From IMG/VR virus record IMGVR_UViG_3300032093_009077, positions 3,939 to 67,938 of that record: a stretch of DNA of 64,000 bases; one strand, written 5' to 3'. A model generated the notes under the pieces. That model worked only from the letters and a program-made list of their open reading frames with translations. It made no database searches and was not told the DNA's origin. A program made the translations under genes and the position numbers. Of the stretch, positions 1 through 9,148 are shown one piece after another. Position 1 is the first letter of the stretch; every line of letters begins with the position of its first letter. Origin of the DNA: a virus.

Positions 1-1302
1 GGTAGTGCATCATTTACTCCATTCATGCAGTTATCGGCTTCAGACCGCCGTGCTATCATTGAAGATCTACTTGACATTCAAATCTTTTCTACAATGAATG
101 GCATTGTCAAAGATCGCATAACTATCAATAAAGATACTATAACAACCAAGAAACACGAAATTGATTTGATGCAACAGAAGTACGATATGCAAAAGAAACA
201 TATCGAACAACTCAAGCAAAACAATGAAGAAAAGGTAAAAGAATATGTTGATGAAATTCAATGCCATAGCGATACCGTATCCACCTTACTCACGAATGTT
301 GCGACCCTTACCGCCGAGACAGAAGAACTCCAACTGGTTGTTGCGAGTAAAATTGATGCAGAGGCTAAGGTCAAGAAGATTACAAAACTTGAATCACAAA
401 TTGAAAGCAACTTATCCAAATTTCAGAAGGATATCAGTTTCTTTCAATCACATGATGATTGTCCAACGTGTAGGCAAGCCATTGCCAATTCTTTTAAGAC
501 GCAAGAGCTTAAAGCCCTCGATAACAAGGTTGCGGAATGTAAACACGGACTCAATCAGTTAGAAGAAAAGTTAAACGCTGAACAAACTAAACTGAATGAT
601 ATAAATGAAAAGCAAAAGATTATCAATCAGAAACAGGTTCAAATTGCAACTCACAATGCTACAATCACAGAAACAAATAAACTGATTGCTCGATTGCAGA
701 AACTTACAAATGAGTTGCAAGAATCTAAAGTAATATCGGACTCAGAAGAACAACAGCTGAAAGAACTAAAAGACTCTTTGAGTACGCTGCAACTAAACTT
801 AAAAGCATTAATTGAAGAACGGACATATTATGAGGTCGCTTCTAATTTATTAAAAGATACTGGCATCAAAACTAAGATTGTTCGTCAGTATTTACCAATC
901 ATTAATAAGTTGGTGAACAAGTATTTAGCATCATTGGATTTCTTTGTTAACTTTAACCTTGATGAATCATTTAAAGAAACAATTAAATCACGGCATCGTG
1001 ATGAGTTTACTTATAATAATTTTAGTGAAGGTGAGAAACAGCGTATTGATATGGCTTTGATGTTGACTTGGCGTGCAGTTGCCAAGTTGAAGAATTCTTC
1101 TAATACAAATTTGCTGATACTTGATGAGGTGTTTGATAGTAGTTTAGATACAAATGGCACAGAAGAACTCATGAAGATTCTTCACATGCTAGAAGATGTG
1201 AATCTATTCGTTATCTCTCACAAAGGAGATATTTTAGTTGATAAATTTACCAATATAATTCGTTTCGAAAAAGTAAAGAATTTTTCAAAGGTGATAAAAT
1301 GA
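1..1302 (+). CDS. gp46: Recombination endonuclease ATPase subunit (SbcC/Rad50-like), 5'-truncated by the window edge
   Basis: Frame open from base 1 (GSASFTPFMQL); CPTC zinc hook, coiled coil, FSEGEKQR signature, LLILDEVFD Walker B. Confidence 0.95.
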   Translation, partial: GSASFTPFMQLSASDRRAIIEDLLDIQIFSTMNGIVKDRITINKDTITTKKHEIDLMQQKYDMQKKHIEQLKQNNEEKVKEYVDEIQCHSDTVSTLLTNVATLTAETEELQLVVASKIDAEAKVKKITKLESQIESNLSKFQKDISFFQSHDDCPTCRQAIANSFKTQELKALDNKVAECKHGLNQLEEKLNAEQTKLNDINEKQKIINQKQVQIATHNATITETNKLIARLQKLTNELQESKVISDSEEQQLKELKDSLSTLQLNLKALIEERTYYEVASNLLKDTGIKTKIVRQYLPIINKLVNKYLASLDFFVNFNLDESFKETIKSRHRDEFTYNNFSEGEKQRIDMALMLTWRAVAKLKNSSNTNLLILDEVFDSSLDTNGTEELMKILHMLEDVNLFVISHKGDILVDKFTNIIRFEKVKNFSKVIK

Positions 1303-1886
1303 GTGAAGAACTTTTAGTTATTAATACGGACAACGTTGTAAAAGAAACCGAGATTGTTGAACCTTTGCCACTTTATGGTGAAGGATTTGATATGCTTGAC
1401 GATGAAATTCCTTTGTACACAGACCCTTTGCCAAATCCATTGATGAGCAAACTTGTGGAAAGGTTAAAACTTACCATGAAACTTTATGGTGGTATTGGTC
1501 TTTCAGCCAATCAATGTGGTGTTTATCAAAGAGTATTTGTCCTTGGCCATGGTGATTTTCAATTAGTCTGTATTAACCCAAAAGTTTTAGAAATATCGGA
1601 AGAAACAATTAAATCTGATGAAGGCTGCCTCTCTTATCCAGGATTATTTGTTAAGATAGAAAGACCTGCTGCAATTAAGGTTGAATTTATGAATGAAACT
1701 GGTGAAGTAAAACAGATGATGTTAGAAGGGTTAACTGCTCGGTGTTTCTTACATGAAACAGAACACATGAATGGCGGAAGATTTATACAACATGTTAAAC
1801 CTGTTGCCATGAGATTGGCAAGACAAAAACAAATTAAAAGAGTTAAGAAAGTTACAAGAGCACAAAAGAATGGCATACGCCTTTGA
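1299..1886 (+). CDS. def: Peptide deformylase
   Basis: GIGLSANQ, EGCLS and HETEH motifs. Confidence 0.93.
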   Translation: MSEELLVINTDNVVKETEIVEPLPLYGEGFDMLDDEIPLYTDPLPNPLMSKLVERLKLTMKLYGGIGLSANQCGVYQRVFVLGHGDFQLVCINPKVLEISEETIKSDEGCLSYPGLFVKIERPAAIKVEFMNETGEVKQMMLEGLTARCFLHETEHMNGGRFIQHVKPVAMRLARQKQIKRVKKVTRAQKNGIRL

Positions 1887-3150
1887 TCCAAAAGATGATG
1901 TAGAAACACAATGGAAAAAATGGTCAGAACTGGAAGAAATTTCTGACCTTGATTTTACCATTGATGATTTGCGTGAACGCACTATACAAGAACTTACCTA
2001 TGTTTCTAAAATGGATGTGCGTGAATATACTTTGTTTCAAAAGTGGTGTGAAGTGCAAGAACGTTACCCTACAGTAACAGTTAATGATTTGTGGGAAGGC
2101 GAGAAACGGGTTCTAGAGGATGATAAACAGCGTGAACTGATACCTCAACTGAAGAACAACATTTGGATGCCAGCCAATGTTGACGATTATCTGAATCTAG
2201 AACCCGAACTCCTTTACACAAATAAAGAAGGTGATTTGCCAGAAACATGGAATTGTATTCGTACTTTTTCATCCACAATGAAAAACAATGCCAACATTGG
2301 TAGAAATTTAAATTTTATTGTAAGAGATAAAGTAACAAAAAAATATCTAGGTGTTATTTGTATTTCATCTGACTTTTTAGATTTGACACCTAGAGATAAC
2401 TTTATTGGTTGGTCGAGAGAAAAGAAAACTCAAGGTGCTATGATCAACCATACTGCCATCGGCTCTACGATTGTGCCTTTACAACCTCTTGGTTATAATT
2501 ATGTTGGTGGCAAATTATTGGCTTTGCTTTGTTTGGCCGATCCTATACAACAACTATGGGAAAAACTATATGGTGATAAATTAGTTTCTGTAACAACAAC
2601 ATCACTCTATGGTAAAACAAAAGCTGGTGGGTTGTCCCAATACGATAATTTGGATTACTGGCAGCCGATGGGCTTTACTAGTGGTTCAGTATCGTTTGAA
2701 CCATTGAAAGATACACGATACATGATTCGTGAATGGCTTCGTAAGAATCATACTCGTAAATACTTTGAATGGTATGTAGCAAAGAAACCTTCAGGTCAAC
2801 CACATAAGCGTGACCACAAGAATCGTTCTTTGAACTTTGCTTACTCGCAAATGAAAATACCAAAAGAATTGATTCGTAGTGAACATGCTCGTGGCATTTA
2901 TTTTACACCTTTGTATGATAAGACTTGCGAATTTCTCCGAGGCGATCATGATGGCAAAGATATGAAAAAACTCTTTGATACTAGCGTTGAGAGCCTAAGT
3001 AATATATGGAAGATGAAACATGCGAAACCACGTATCAGTATTCTAAAGAAAAAAGGTACAGTTTCACATGAAACACTTTTCTATGATGACCTTACCGTGT
3101 TATCATGGGAAGAAACAAAAGCTAAATATCTTATCCAGATTGGCAGATAA
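1870..3150 (+). CDS. DUF4338/DruA-like domain protein (paralog of 25149..26261)
   Basis: IVPLQPLGYNYVGGKLLA and TTSLYG...SQY motifs shared with 25149..26261. Confidence 0.6.
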   Translation: MAYAFDPKDDVETQWKKWSELEEISDLDFTIDDLRERTIQELTYVSKMDVREYTLFQKWCEVQERYPTVTVNDLWEGEKRVLEDDKQRELIPQLKNNIWMPANVDDYLNLEPELLYTNKEGDLPETWNCIRTFSSTMKNNANIGRNLNFIVRDKVTKKYLGVICISSDFLDLTPRDNFIGWSREKKTQGAMINHTAIGSTIVPLQPLGYNYVGGKLLALLCLADPIQQLWEKLYGDKLVSVTTTSLYGKTKAGGLSQYDNLDYWQPMGFTSGSVSFEPLKDTRYMIREWLRKNHTRKYFEWYVAKKPSGQPHKRDHKNRSLNFAYSQMKIPKELIRSEHARGIYFTPLYDKTCEFLRGDHDGKDMKKLFDTSVESLSNIWKMKHAKPRISILKKKGTVSHETLFYDDLTVLSWEETKAKYLIQIGR

Positions 3151-3577
3151 ACCCTTTATGATTTGATTGTTTTCCTTTAGAAACATTTATCATACCACTT
3201 TGAAAAAGACCATTTTCCTTACAAAATTTTGTTAAGTTTTTTATTAATAACTTTGTTCCATCTGGACAAATTATTAACCATTCTTTAGAGAGTGTATTTG
3301 CTATTTTTTCTTTTTGAGAGTTATTATTTGGAATTCCTAAATTCCAAGGAATTTTTCCTTTATTAGCAATACTTTGTTTTATTTTTGTTTCTTGTGAAAG
3401 TTTTTTACCTAAATTAATTTCACGCAGAATTTGTTTTGTTGATTCAGGAAGTTTTTCTCCTGGAATTCCACCATAAGAATGTGTGGCATTTTTAGGTATT
3501 TCTAGTGGATTATTTTTACACCATTCACGGAGATGTATAATGAATGGGTCATCATTTTTAGGTAAATAAATATTCAT
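3131..3577 (-). CDS. NUMOD3/HTH DNA-binding protein; homing-endonuclease-derived, no nuclease domain visible
   Basis: KKLSQETKIKQS, KGKIPWNLG and NLTKFCKENGL...HKGF repeats; own late promoter and RBS. Confidence 0.7.
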   Translation of the reverse strand: MNIYLPKNDDPFIIHLREWCKNNPLEIPKNATHSYGGIPGEKLPESTKQILREINLGKKLSQETKIKQSIANKGKIPWNLGIPNNNSQKEKIANTLSKEWLIICPDGTKLLIKNLTKFCKENGLFQSGMINVSKGKQSNHKGFICQSG

Positions 3578-3643
3578 GCTGGCATAGTTCCTTTATGTTA
3601 GAGTGGATGCAGACGGCAATCTGGCGATCCACACCTATTTATA
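3578..3643 (-). promoter_or_regulatory. T4-type late promoter TATAAATA followed by a hairpin leader
   Basis: TATTTATA at 3636-3643 on +; GTGGAT/ATCCAC stem with inner CAGA/TCTG stem at 3603-3632; AAGGA SD. Confidence 0.75.
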
Positions 3644-3654
3644 CCTTAAAAATG

Positions 3655-3683
3655 TTGACTTTCAGCCTACATAAGAGTATAAT
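3655..3683 (+). promoter_or_regulatory. sigma70-type early promoter upstream of the tRNA-like RNA
   Basis: TTGACT-N17-TATAAT. Confidence 0.8.
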
Positions 3684-3693
3684 ATCCTTTCAT

Positions 3694-3756
3694 GCGGTGA
3701 GTCCGAGACAACCTACCCCCGTAGGTAGACAGGTTTAACTCCTGTTAACCGCTCCA
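3694..3756 (+). ncRNA. Minimal tRNA-like RNA with encoded CCA
   Basis: Acceptor GCGGTGA/TAACCGC + T + CCA; T arm ACAGG-TTTAACT-CCTGT; ACCTA-CCCCCG-TAGGT arm; 3-bp GTC-CGA-GAC mini D arm. Confidence 0.7.
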
Positions 3757-3763
3757 CCAAACA

Positions 3764-3848
3764 TAAGTAAGTACTTACTAACATCTACCAGGTAGTGTTG
3801 TTTTTATACAACAAATGCATTGACAAAGCTCCAAAATGGTAGTATAAT
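3764..3848 (+). promoter_or_regulatory. Consensus sigma70 early promoter with upstream palindromic boxes
   Basis: TTGACA(3820)-N17-TATAAT(3843); palindrome AGTAAGTACTTACT 3766-3779; TGTTG-N8-CAACA 3796-3813. Confidence 0.85.
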
Positions 3849-3878
3849 GGTAAGATATAGTCAAAAAGGTGTCATAAC

Positions 3879-6224
3879 ATGTCTTTTACTGCCGAACAAA
3901 AATCACAATTAGCAAAACTTCTGGCAACCGAGAATCTAACGGTTCAACACCAGAAAATCTCTACTGCTAAATTCGATCCTAAAAACCGTGTGCTTTACCT
4001 GCCAATCTGGCAAAACATGACAGGTCTGATTTATGACTTGTTGGTAGGCCATGAAGTTGGTCATGCTCTGTATACTCCTGCTGAAGGTTGGCATGATGCA
4101 GTTACCGATACTGATAAAAATAAAAACTTCAAAAACTTTTTGAATGTTGTTGAAGATGCTCGCATTGAGAAAAAAGTTAAGCGCAAATATCCTGGCTTAA
4201 ATACTGCCTTCAAATTGGCATATCAAGAGTTAAACTTGCGTGACTTTTTTGGCATTAAAGGCCGTGATGTGAATGAAATGCCTTTCATTGATCGCCTGAA
4301 CCTTTTCAGTAAGTCACAATGGACTGCCACATGGATTCGATTCACAGCTCAAGAAGAACTGCTTGTCAAAGAAGTGCAGGCGGCCGAAACTTGGGATGAT
4401 GTGCTTCGTATCACAAACAAAATCTATCAGTATTCAAAAGAAGAACAACATGAAATGGCACTTGAATACCATGATGAACTAATGCGTCAGATGGCTGATG
4501 ATGCTGACGAATATGGTGAAGAAGAATATGGTGATGATGTTGATGATGAATTCGATGACGAATATGGTTTTGGCCAAGGTGATGGAGACGAATTTGAAGA
4601 AGGTGAAACACAATCACAGCGCAGTCAATCTAGTGATGAAGAAGCTGGCGAAGAAAATTTAGAAGGCGGTCAGTTTATCAACCATGATAAAACTTCACAT
4701 CCTGGTGATAAAGACCAATTTGATCCTACATGCCAGACAGATCAAAACTATCGCCGTAATGAATCACAACTGCTCGATGACAAGTGTAAAGAATTTGTTT
4801 ATGTAGATATTCCCAAACCTAAATTGCAAAACATTATTACTCCTGCCAAACGTGTGCAAGAGTTAATGACAAAAGGTTACAAACAATTTATTAATGAGAA
4901 AGTAATTCCGGCTGAAAAACCGATGCAGTTGCTCAATGAATTTAAACGGCGTAATGAACGATATGTAAGTTTGTTGGCCAAAGAATTTGAAATGCGTAAG
5001 GCAGCTAAGTCGTATAGTAAATCTAAACTGTCTGATACAGGTGATATTGACATTAACAAACTTTCATCTTATAAGTTTGATGACAATATCTTCCGTAAAG
5101 TGATGATGACACCTAAAGGTAAGAACCATGGCCTAGTATTGTTACTTGACCGTTCTGGTTCAATGTCACGCAATATGACTGGATCTATTGAACAGATTTT
5201 GGTGCTATCAATGTTCTGCCGCAAAGTGAACATTCCTTTTGTTGTGTATGGTTTTACTGAATCGTCACATGTACATGCCATTGATTTAGGCATTGACCCT
5301 AATGACAGAGAGTTTAAGGTTGAATATGTTCATACAGAAAAACATAAGTGTTTCTCTGATAATGCTGGTGAAATGAAATTTGATAATGTGCATTTGCGTG
5401 AGTACCTTAATTCCAAAATGTCCAATGCCGAGTTTACTGGCGCATTGAAGAATATGTGTTTATTGATGGAAGGTTATAAAGAAGATCGGCGTTATTCACC
5501 AAGACCAGAATCAGAACAATTGAACAACACTCCAATGACACAAGCTATTGTTGCAACTGCTGAAATTATGGCAAATTTTAAACGCAATCATAACTTAGAT
5601 ATTTGTAGTCTGGTTGTTGTGCATGATGGTGATGCTGACAGTTTAGGAAATTATTGGTCAGAAGAAGAAGTTATTGATAACGCAACGAATCAACCTAAAA
5701 TGAAGAAAGTTCCTAGGTATTACAATTCTAGTGATCGAGTTTACATTATCCGTGATCGGCAGAATAAGTTTGAAGCCAAAATGACTTTAAATTTTAGTGA
5801 AGATATTCCAATTAACATTTTGAAATGGTTTAATAAGACAACTGGTGCTCGTGTGTTTGGTTTCTTTATTGCTGAGGGTCGTAGTGAAGCAAAGCATATT
5901 GCCAGAAACAAATACCTCTATGAAAATGGTAAGAACTATTGGGTTATGGGTGCTGAAATTGGTCGTGAAGCTGCCGAAGAATTGGTCAAGAAAACTTTGA
6001 AACAATTCAAAGATGAAAAGTTTCTTACAAGCAAACTACCAGGTTATGAAAACTTTTTCTTTATCTCTGGCGGCCAAGAATTGACCACAGATGATGAAAA
6101 TGGTATTGAAGTAGAAGGCAAATTCTCTGCTCGTAAATTGGCAACTGCCTTTGCCAAGTATAATAAGAAGCGAGCGGTAAATCGTGTGTTAGTATCTCGG
6201 TTCATTCAAGGTATTGCCGCATAA
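3879..6224 (+). CDS. CobT-like protein: HExxH metallopeptidase-like N-terminus, acidic linker, VWA domain
   Basis: HEVGH...NVVEDARIE; MIDAS DRSGS, NTP, HDG; adjacent to a MoxR ATPase. Confidence 0.8.
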   Translation: MSFTAEQKSQLAKLLATENLTVQHQKISTAKFDPKNRVLYLPIWQNMTGLIYDLLVGHEVGHALYTPAEGWHDAVTDTDKNKNFKNFLNVVEDARIEKKVKRKYPGLNTAFKLAYQELNLRDFFGIKGRDVNEMPFIDRLNLFSKSQWTATWIRFTAQEELLVKEVQAAETWDDVLRITNKIYQYSKEEQHEMALEYHDELMRQMADDADEYGEEEYGDDVDDEFDDEYGFGQGDGDEFEEGETQSQRSQSSDEEAGEENLEGGQFINHDKTSHPGDKDQFDPTCQTDQNYRRNESQLLDDKCKEFVYVDIPKPKLQNIITPAKRVQELMTKGYKQFINEKVIPAEKPMQLLNEFKRRNERYVSLLAKEFEMRKAAKSYSKSKLSDTGDIDINKLSSYKFDDNIFRKVMMTPKGKNHGLVLLLDRSGSMSRNMTGSIEQILVLSMFCRKVNIPFVVYGFTESSHVHAIDLGIDPNDREFKVEYVHTEKHKCFSDNAGEMKFDNVHLREYLNSKMSNAEFTGALKNMCLLMEGYKEDRRYSPRPESEQLNNTPMTQAIVATAEIMANFKRNHNLDICSLVVVHDGDADSLGNYWSEEEVIDNATNQPKMKKVPRYYNSSDRVYIIRDRQNKFEAKMTLNFSEDIPINILKWFNKTTGARVFGFFIAEGRSEAKHIARNKYLYENGKNYWVMGAEIGREAAEELVKKTLKQFKDEKFLTSKLPGYENFFFISGGQELTTDDENGIEVEGKFSARKLATAFAKYNKKRAVNRVLVSRFIQGIAA

Positions 6225-6270
6225 GTTGTTGGGTTTTTTATATAATTAAATTTGATAGGAGTTTTATATT

Positions 6271-7464
6271 ATGAGTAAACGTGCCGAAGTTCGTCAAAAG
6301 TTTCTTTCTGCCCTACTTAAACTTGGCAGACCTACTGCAACAAAGGAAGAAATTACCGATATTTGTAAGAGTATTGGTATCGCTCATCCTTATTGGTTCA
6401 CTAATGATGAAGCGAACCGTGTAAAACGTGGCGTTTATAGAGTGCCTTCTACTCAACTAGATACCATGCCTGCTCTACAAGCTCAAGTGATCCCTATGGC
6501 TAAACCTGTTGAAAAATCAAATCATCGTATCAGTAATGTTACGACAGACCTAGATGAAACAAATCTAGTGCCGACTGCATACAAAAACTATGTGCCGTTT
6601 GGTAACTTTGAAGATGTAATGTCAATCGTTTCATCGATGCGTTTTTTTCCTGTTTTCATTTCTGGTCATTCTGGCAACGGTAAGACCATGTCAATTGAAC
6701 AGGCATGTGCCAAAGCTAAACGCAAGTTTGTTTGCGTATCGATGACACCTGAAACCGATGAGAGTGATCTACTTGGTAACTATGTTCTGATTGATGGTAA
6801 TATGGAATGGCGTGATGGTCCTGTGACTACTGCTGCTCGTCAAGGTGCCGTTCTGTGTATCGATGAGATTGATTATGGTGCTCAGAATCTTTCCTCTTTG
6901 CAGCGTGTACTTGAAGGCAAACCGTTTATGCTGAAAAAGAAAGGCGAATTGATTTCACCTGCACCTGGTTTCACCGTGTTTGCTACGGCAAATACAAAAG
7001 GTAAAGGTTCAGATGATGGTCGTTATATGTTCACCAACGTTTTGAATGAAGCTTTTCTTGAGCGTTTTCGTACCACAATGGAACAAGAATTTCCGCCAGT
7101 AAAAACTGAGCGTAAAATTATTGAGAAAGAATTGGCATCAGTTGGCAAAGCTGACGATGATTTCGCCGAGAAACTTGTTACTTGGGCTGATGTAATTCGT
7201 AAAACATTTGCTGATGGCGGTTGTGATGAAGTGATTTCTACTCGCCGCCTTGTGCATATCGTTGAAACATACGGCATCTTTGGTGACAAGATGAAGGCAA
7301 TTACTTTGTGTTTGAATCGCTTTGATGATGACACTAAGGCATCGTTTGTTGACCTGTATACCAAAGTTGATGCAGGAGCTTCTGCCGATGATATTCTGGC
7401 ACCTCAACCAGATCCTGTGGCAGAAGAAGTCAAACCTGAAGCTGATGCAGCATCGCCTTTCTAA
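6271..7464 (+). CDS. cobS: CobS-like MoxR AAA+ ATPase
   Basis: GHSGNGKT Walker A, IDEID Walker B, ATANTKGKG, NEAFLERF, ISTRRL. Confidence 0.88.
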   Translation: MSKRAEVRQKFLSALLKLGRPTATKEEITDICKSIGIAHPYWFTNDEANRVKRGVYRVPSTQLDTMPALQAQVIPMAKPVEKSNHRISNVTTDLDETNLVPTAYKNYVPFGNFEDVMSIVSSMRFFPVFISGHSGNGKTMSIEQACAKAKRKFVCVSMTPETDESDLLGNYVLIDGNMEWRDGPVTTAARQGAVLCIDEIDYGAQNLSSLQRVLEGKPFMLKKKGELISPAPGFTVFATANTKGKGSDDGRYMFTNVLNEAFLERFRTTMEQEFPPVKTERKIIEKELASVGKADDDFAEKLVTWADVIRKTFADGGCDEVISTRRLVHIVETYGIFGDKMKAITLCLNRFDDDTKASFVDLYTKVDAGASADDILAPQPDPVAEEVKPEADAASPF

Positions 7465-7477
7465 TGGTTCGGCACTT

Positions 7478-7505
7478 GAACCGTTGGCAACAACGGTTCT
7501 TTTTT
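7478..7505 (+). terminator. Rho-independent terminator
   Basis: GAACCGTTG-GCAA-CAACGGTTC then T-run. Confidence 0.85.
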
Positions 7506-7526
7506 ATTTCTTTGCCTACAAATCTC

Positions 7527-7555
7527 TTGACAAGTAGCGCATCCTATGATACTAT
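7527..7555 (+). promoter_or_regulatory. sigma70-type promoter
   Basis: TTGACA-N17-TACTAT with extended TG. Confidence 0.75.
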
Positions 7556-7629
7556 ATGTTTATTGAGTGAACGGTCTCCGCTCAATACATTTTTACCTTG
7601 TTGAGACCTTTTTAATGGAGTTTTATATA

Positions 7630-7902
7630 ATGTCAGTTAAGTCCAAAGTCCTCGCCTATCTTTCCAAAGACAGCGCCTACAACACACTTACCGCAACCAA
7701 GATGCAGAGCCTTTTCGGTGTTGCTAATCCTTCCGCAGTCATCAATGACCTGCGTAACGAAGGTCATGCAATTTACCTGAACAGCCGTGTCAATGCAAAC
7801 GGCGACAAAGTTTCTTTCTATCGCCTTGGCAGCCCGACAAAGCGCATGGTCGCTGAAGGCATCGCCGCAATTCGTTCACAAGGTGAGCGTGCTTTTGCCT
7901 AA
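7630..7902 (+). CDS. Small winged-HTH-like DNA-binding protein
   Basis: GGAG SD at 7617; NPSAVINDLRNEGHAIY...FYRLG pattern; codon usage suggests high expression. Confidence 0.6.
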   Translation: MSVKSKVLAYLSKDSAYNTLTATKMQSLFGVANPSAVINDLRNEGHAIYLNSRVNANGDKVSFYRLGSPTKRMVAEGIAAIRSQGERAFA

Positions 7903-7920
7903 AATAGTTTAGGAAAAGCA

Positions 7921-7959
7921 AAGAGGAATCGATAAATAATAATGTCGATTCCTCTTTTT
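7921..7959 (+). terminator. Terminator hairpin overlapping a late-promoter-like GATAAATA
   Basis: AAGAGGAATCGA...TCGATTCCTCTT then T-run; GATAAATA at 7931-7938. Confidence 0.75.
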
Positions 7960-7976
7960 CATTTTATGGGTACATT

Positions 7977-8792
7977 ATGGAAATCAAAGTTAAACTTGAA
8001 GATCTAAAACAAAATAAATTATTTGTAGCAACACCAATGTACGGCGGCATGGCCCACGGCCTGTACGTTAAATCCTGCTTAGATTTACAATCAGTAATGT
8101 CTAAGTACGGCATCGATTCAAAATTCTCCTTCCTTTTCAACGAATCTCTTATCACAAGAGCACGAAACTATCTCGTTGACGAATTTCTCCGTTCTGGTTG
8201 TACACACATGTTGTTCTTAGATTCGGACATTCATTACAATCCACAAGATGTTTTGGCTATGATGGCTCTTGATAAAGATGTAATTGGCGGTCCTTATCCT
8301 AAGAAGTCAATCAATTGGGGTAACATCGCTCAGGCAGCAAGAAGTAGGCCTGATATGGAACCAAAAGAATTAGAAAAATTAGTTGGTGAATATGTATTCA
8401 ATGTGGTACATGGCACTAAAACTTTCCAAGTTACAGAGCCACTTGAAGTTATGGAAATTGGTACTGGTTATATGATGATCAAGCGTCATGTATTTGAAAA
8501 ACTTGAGAAGGCATTTCCACAGTTACGATATAAACCTGACCATGTTGGCCAAGCTAACTTTGATGGTTCACGATACATTCATGCTTACTTTGATACCATT
8601 ATTGATACAAAAGATTCAGCAACAGGTGGCGGATCTGATCGCTATCTAAGTGAAGATTATATGTTCTGCCAGTTGTGGCGTAAGATTGGTGGCCAAGTTT
8701 GGTTATGCCCATGGATGAAAACTCAACACATTGGAACATATCCATTTACAGGTGATATGCCAGCAGTTGCAGCACATACAGGTAAGTTGTAA
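7977..8792 (+). CDS. GT-A-fold glycosyltransferase-like protein conserved in T4-like phages
   Basis: FVATPMYGG, SLITRARN, FLDSDI (DxD), GTGYMMI, YLSEDYMFC. Confidence 0.65.
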   Translation: MEIKVKLEDLKQNKLFVATPMYGGMAHGLYVKSCLDLQSVMSKYGIDSKFSFLFNESLITRARNYLVDEFLRSGCTHMLFLDSDIHYNPQDVLAMMALDKDVIGGPYPKKSINWGNIAQAARSRPDMEPKELEKLVGEYVFNVVHGTKTFQVTEPLEVMEIGTGYMMIKRHVFEKLEKAFPQLRYKPDHVGQANFDGSRYIHAYFDTIIDTKDSATGGGSDRYLSEDYMFCQLWRKIGGQVWLCPWMKTQHIGTYPFTGDMPAVAAHTGKL

Positions 8793-9133
8793 TGGCTTCA
8801 AAGCAAGAAGTAGCAAAATCTCAAAATGCAAAAACTGGTGGTCGCAAGTTTGATGGTGGTAAATTACAATATGGTTTACTGCCACCACTTGCATTAAAAG
8901 CCACAGTTGATGTATTGACATTTGGTGCAGAAAAGTATGAACCTAATAATTGGAAGCATGTACCTGATTCTAAACGTAGGTATTTTGATGCACTACAAAG
9001 GCATGTGTGGGCATGGAAAGAAGGTGAACAGATTGATCCAGAATCAAGTAAACACCATCTAGCACATGCTCTTTGTTGCCTCATGTTTCTGTATGAACAT
9101 GATATATTATACTCTGTGAATGACAAATCTTAA
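8792..9133 (+). CDS. DUF5664 dATP/dGTP diphosphohydrolase-like protein
   Basis: KFDGGK...LLP, VLTFGAEKY..NNW, DPES..HHLAHA motifs. Confidence 0.8.
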   Translation: MASKQEVAKSQNAKTGGRKFDGGKLQYGLLPPLALKATVDVLTFGAEKYEPNNWKHVPDSKRRYFDALQRHVWAWKEGEQIDPESSKHHLAHALCCLMFLYEHDILYSVNDKS

Positions 9134-9148
9134 TTATGAGGTATTTAA

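Noticed and set aside
3694-3756. Canonical tRNA-Gly(CCC) or tRNA-Arg(CCG)
   Set aside because: 6-nt loop with no U33, no proper D arm, T loop lacks TTC; reported as tRNA-like instead
4490-4670. GATGAT/GAAGAA low-complexity tract
   Set aside because: Encodes the usual acidic linker of CobT-like proteins
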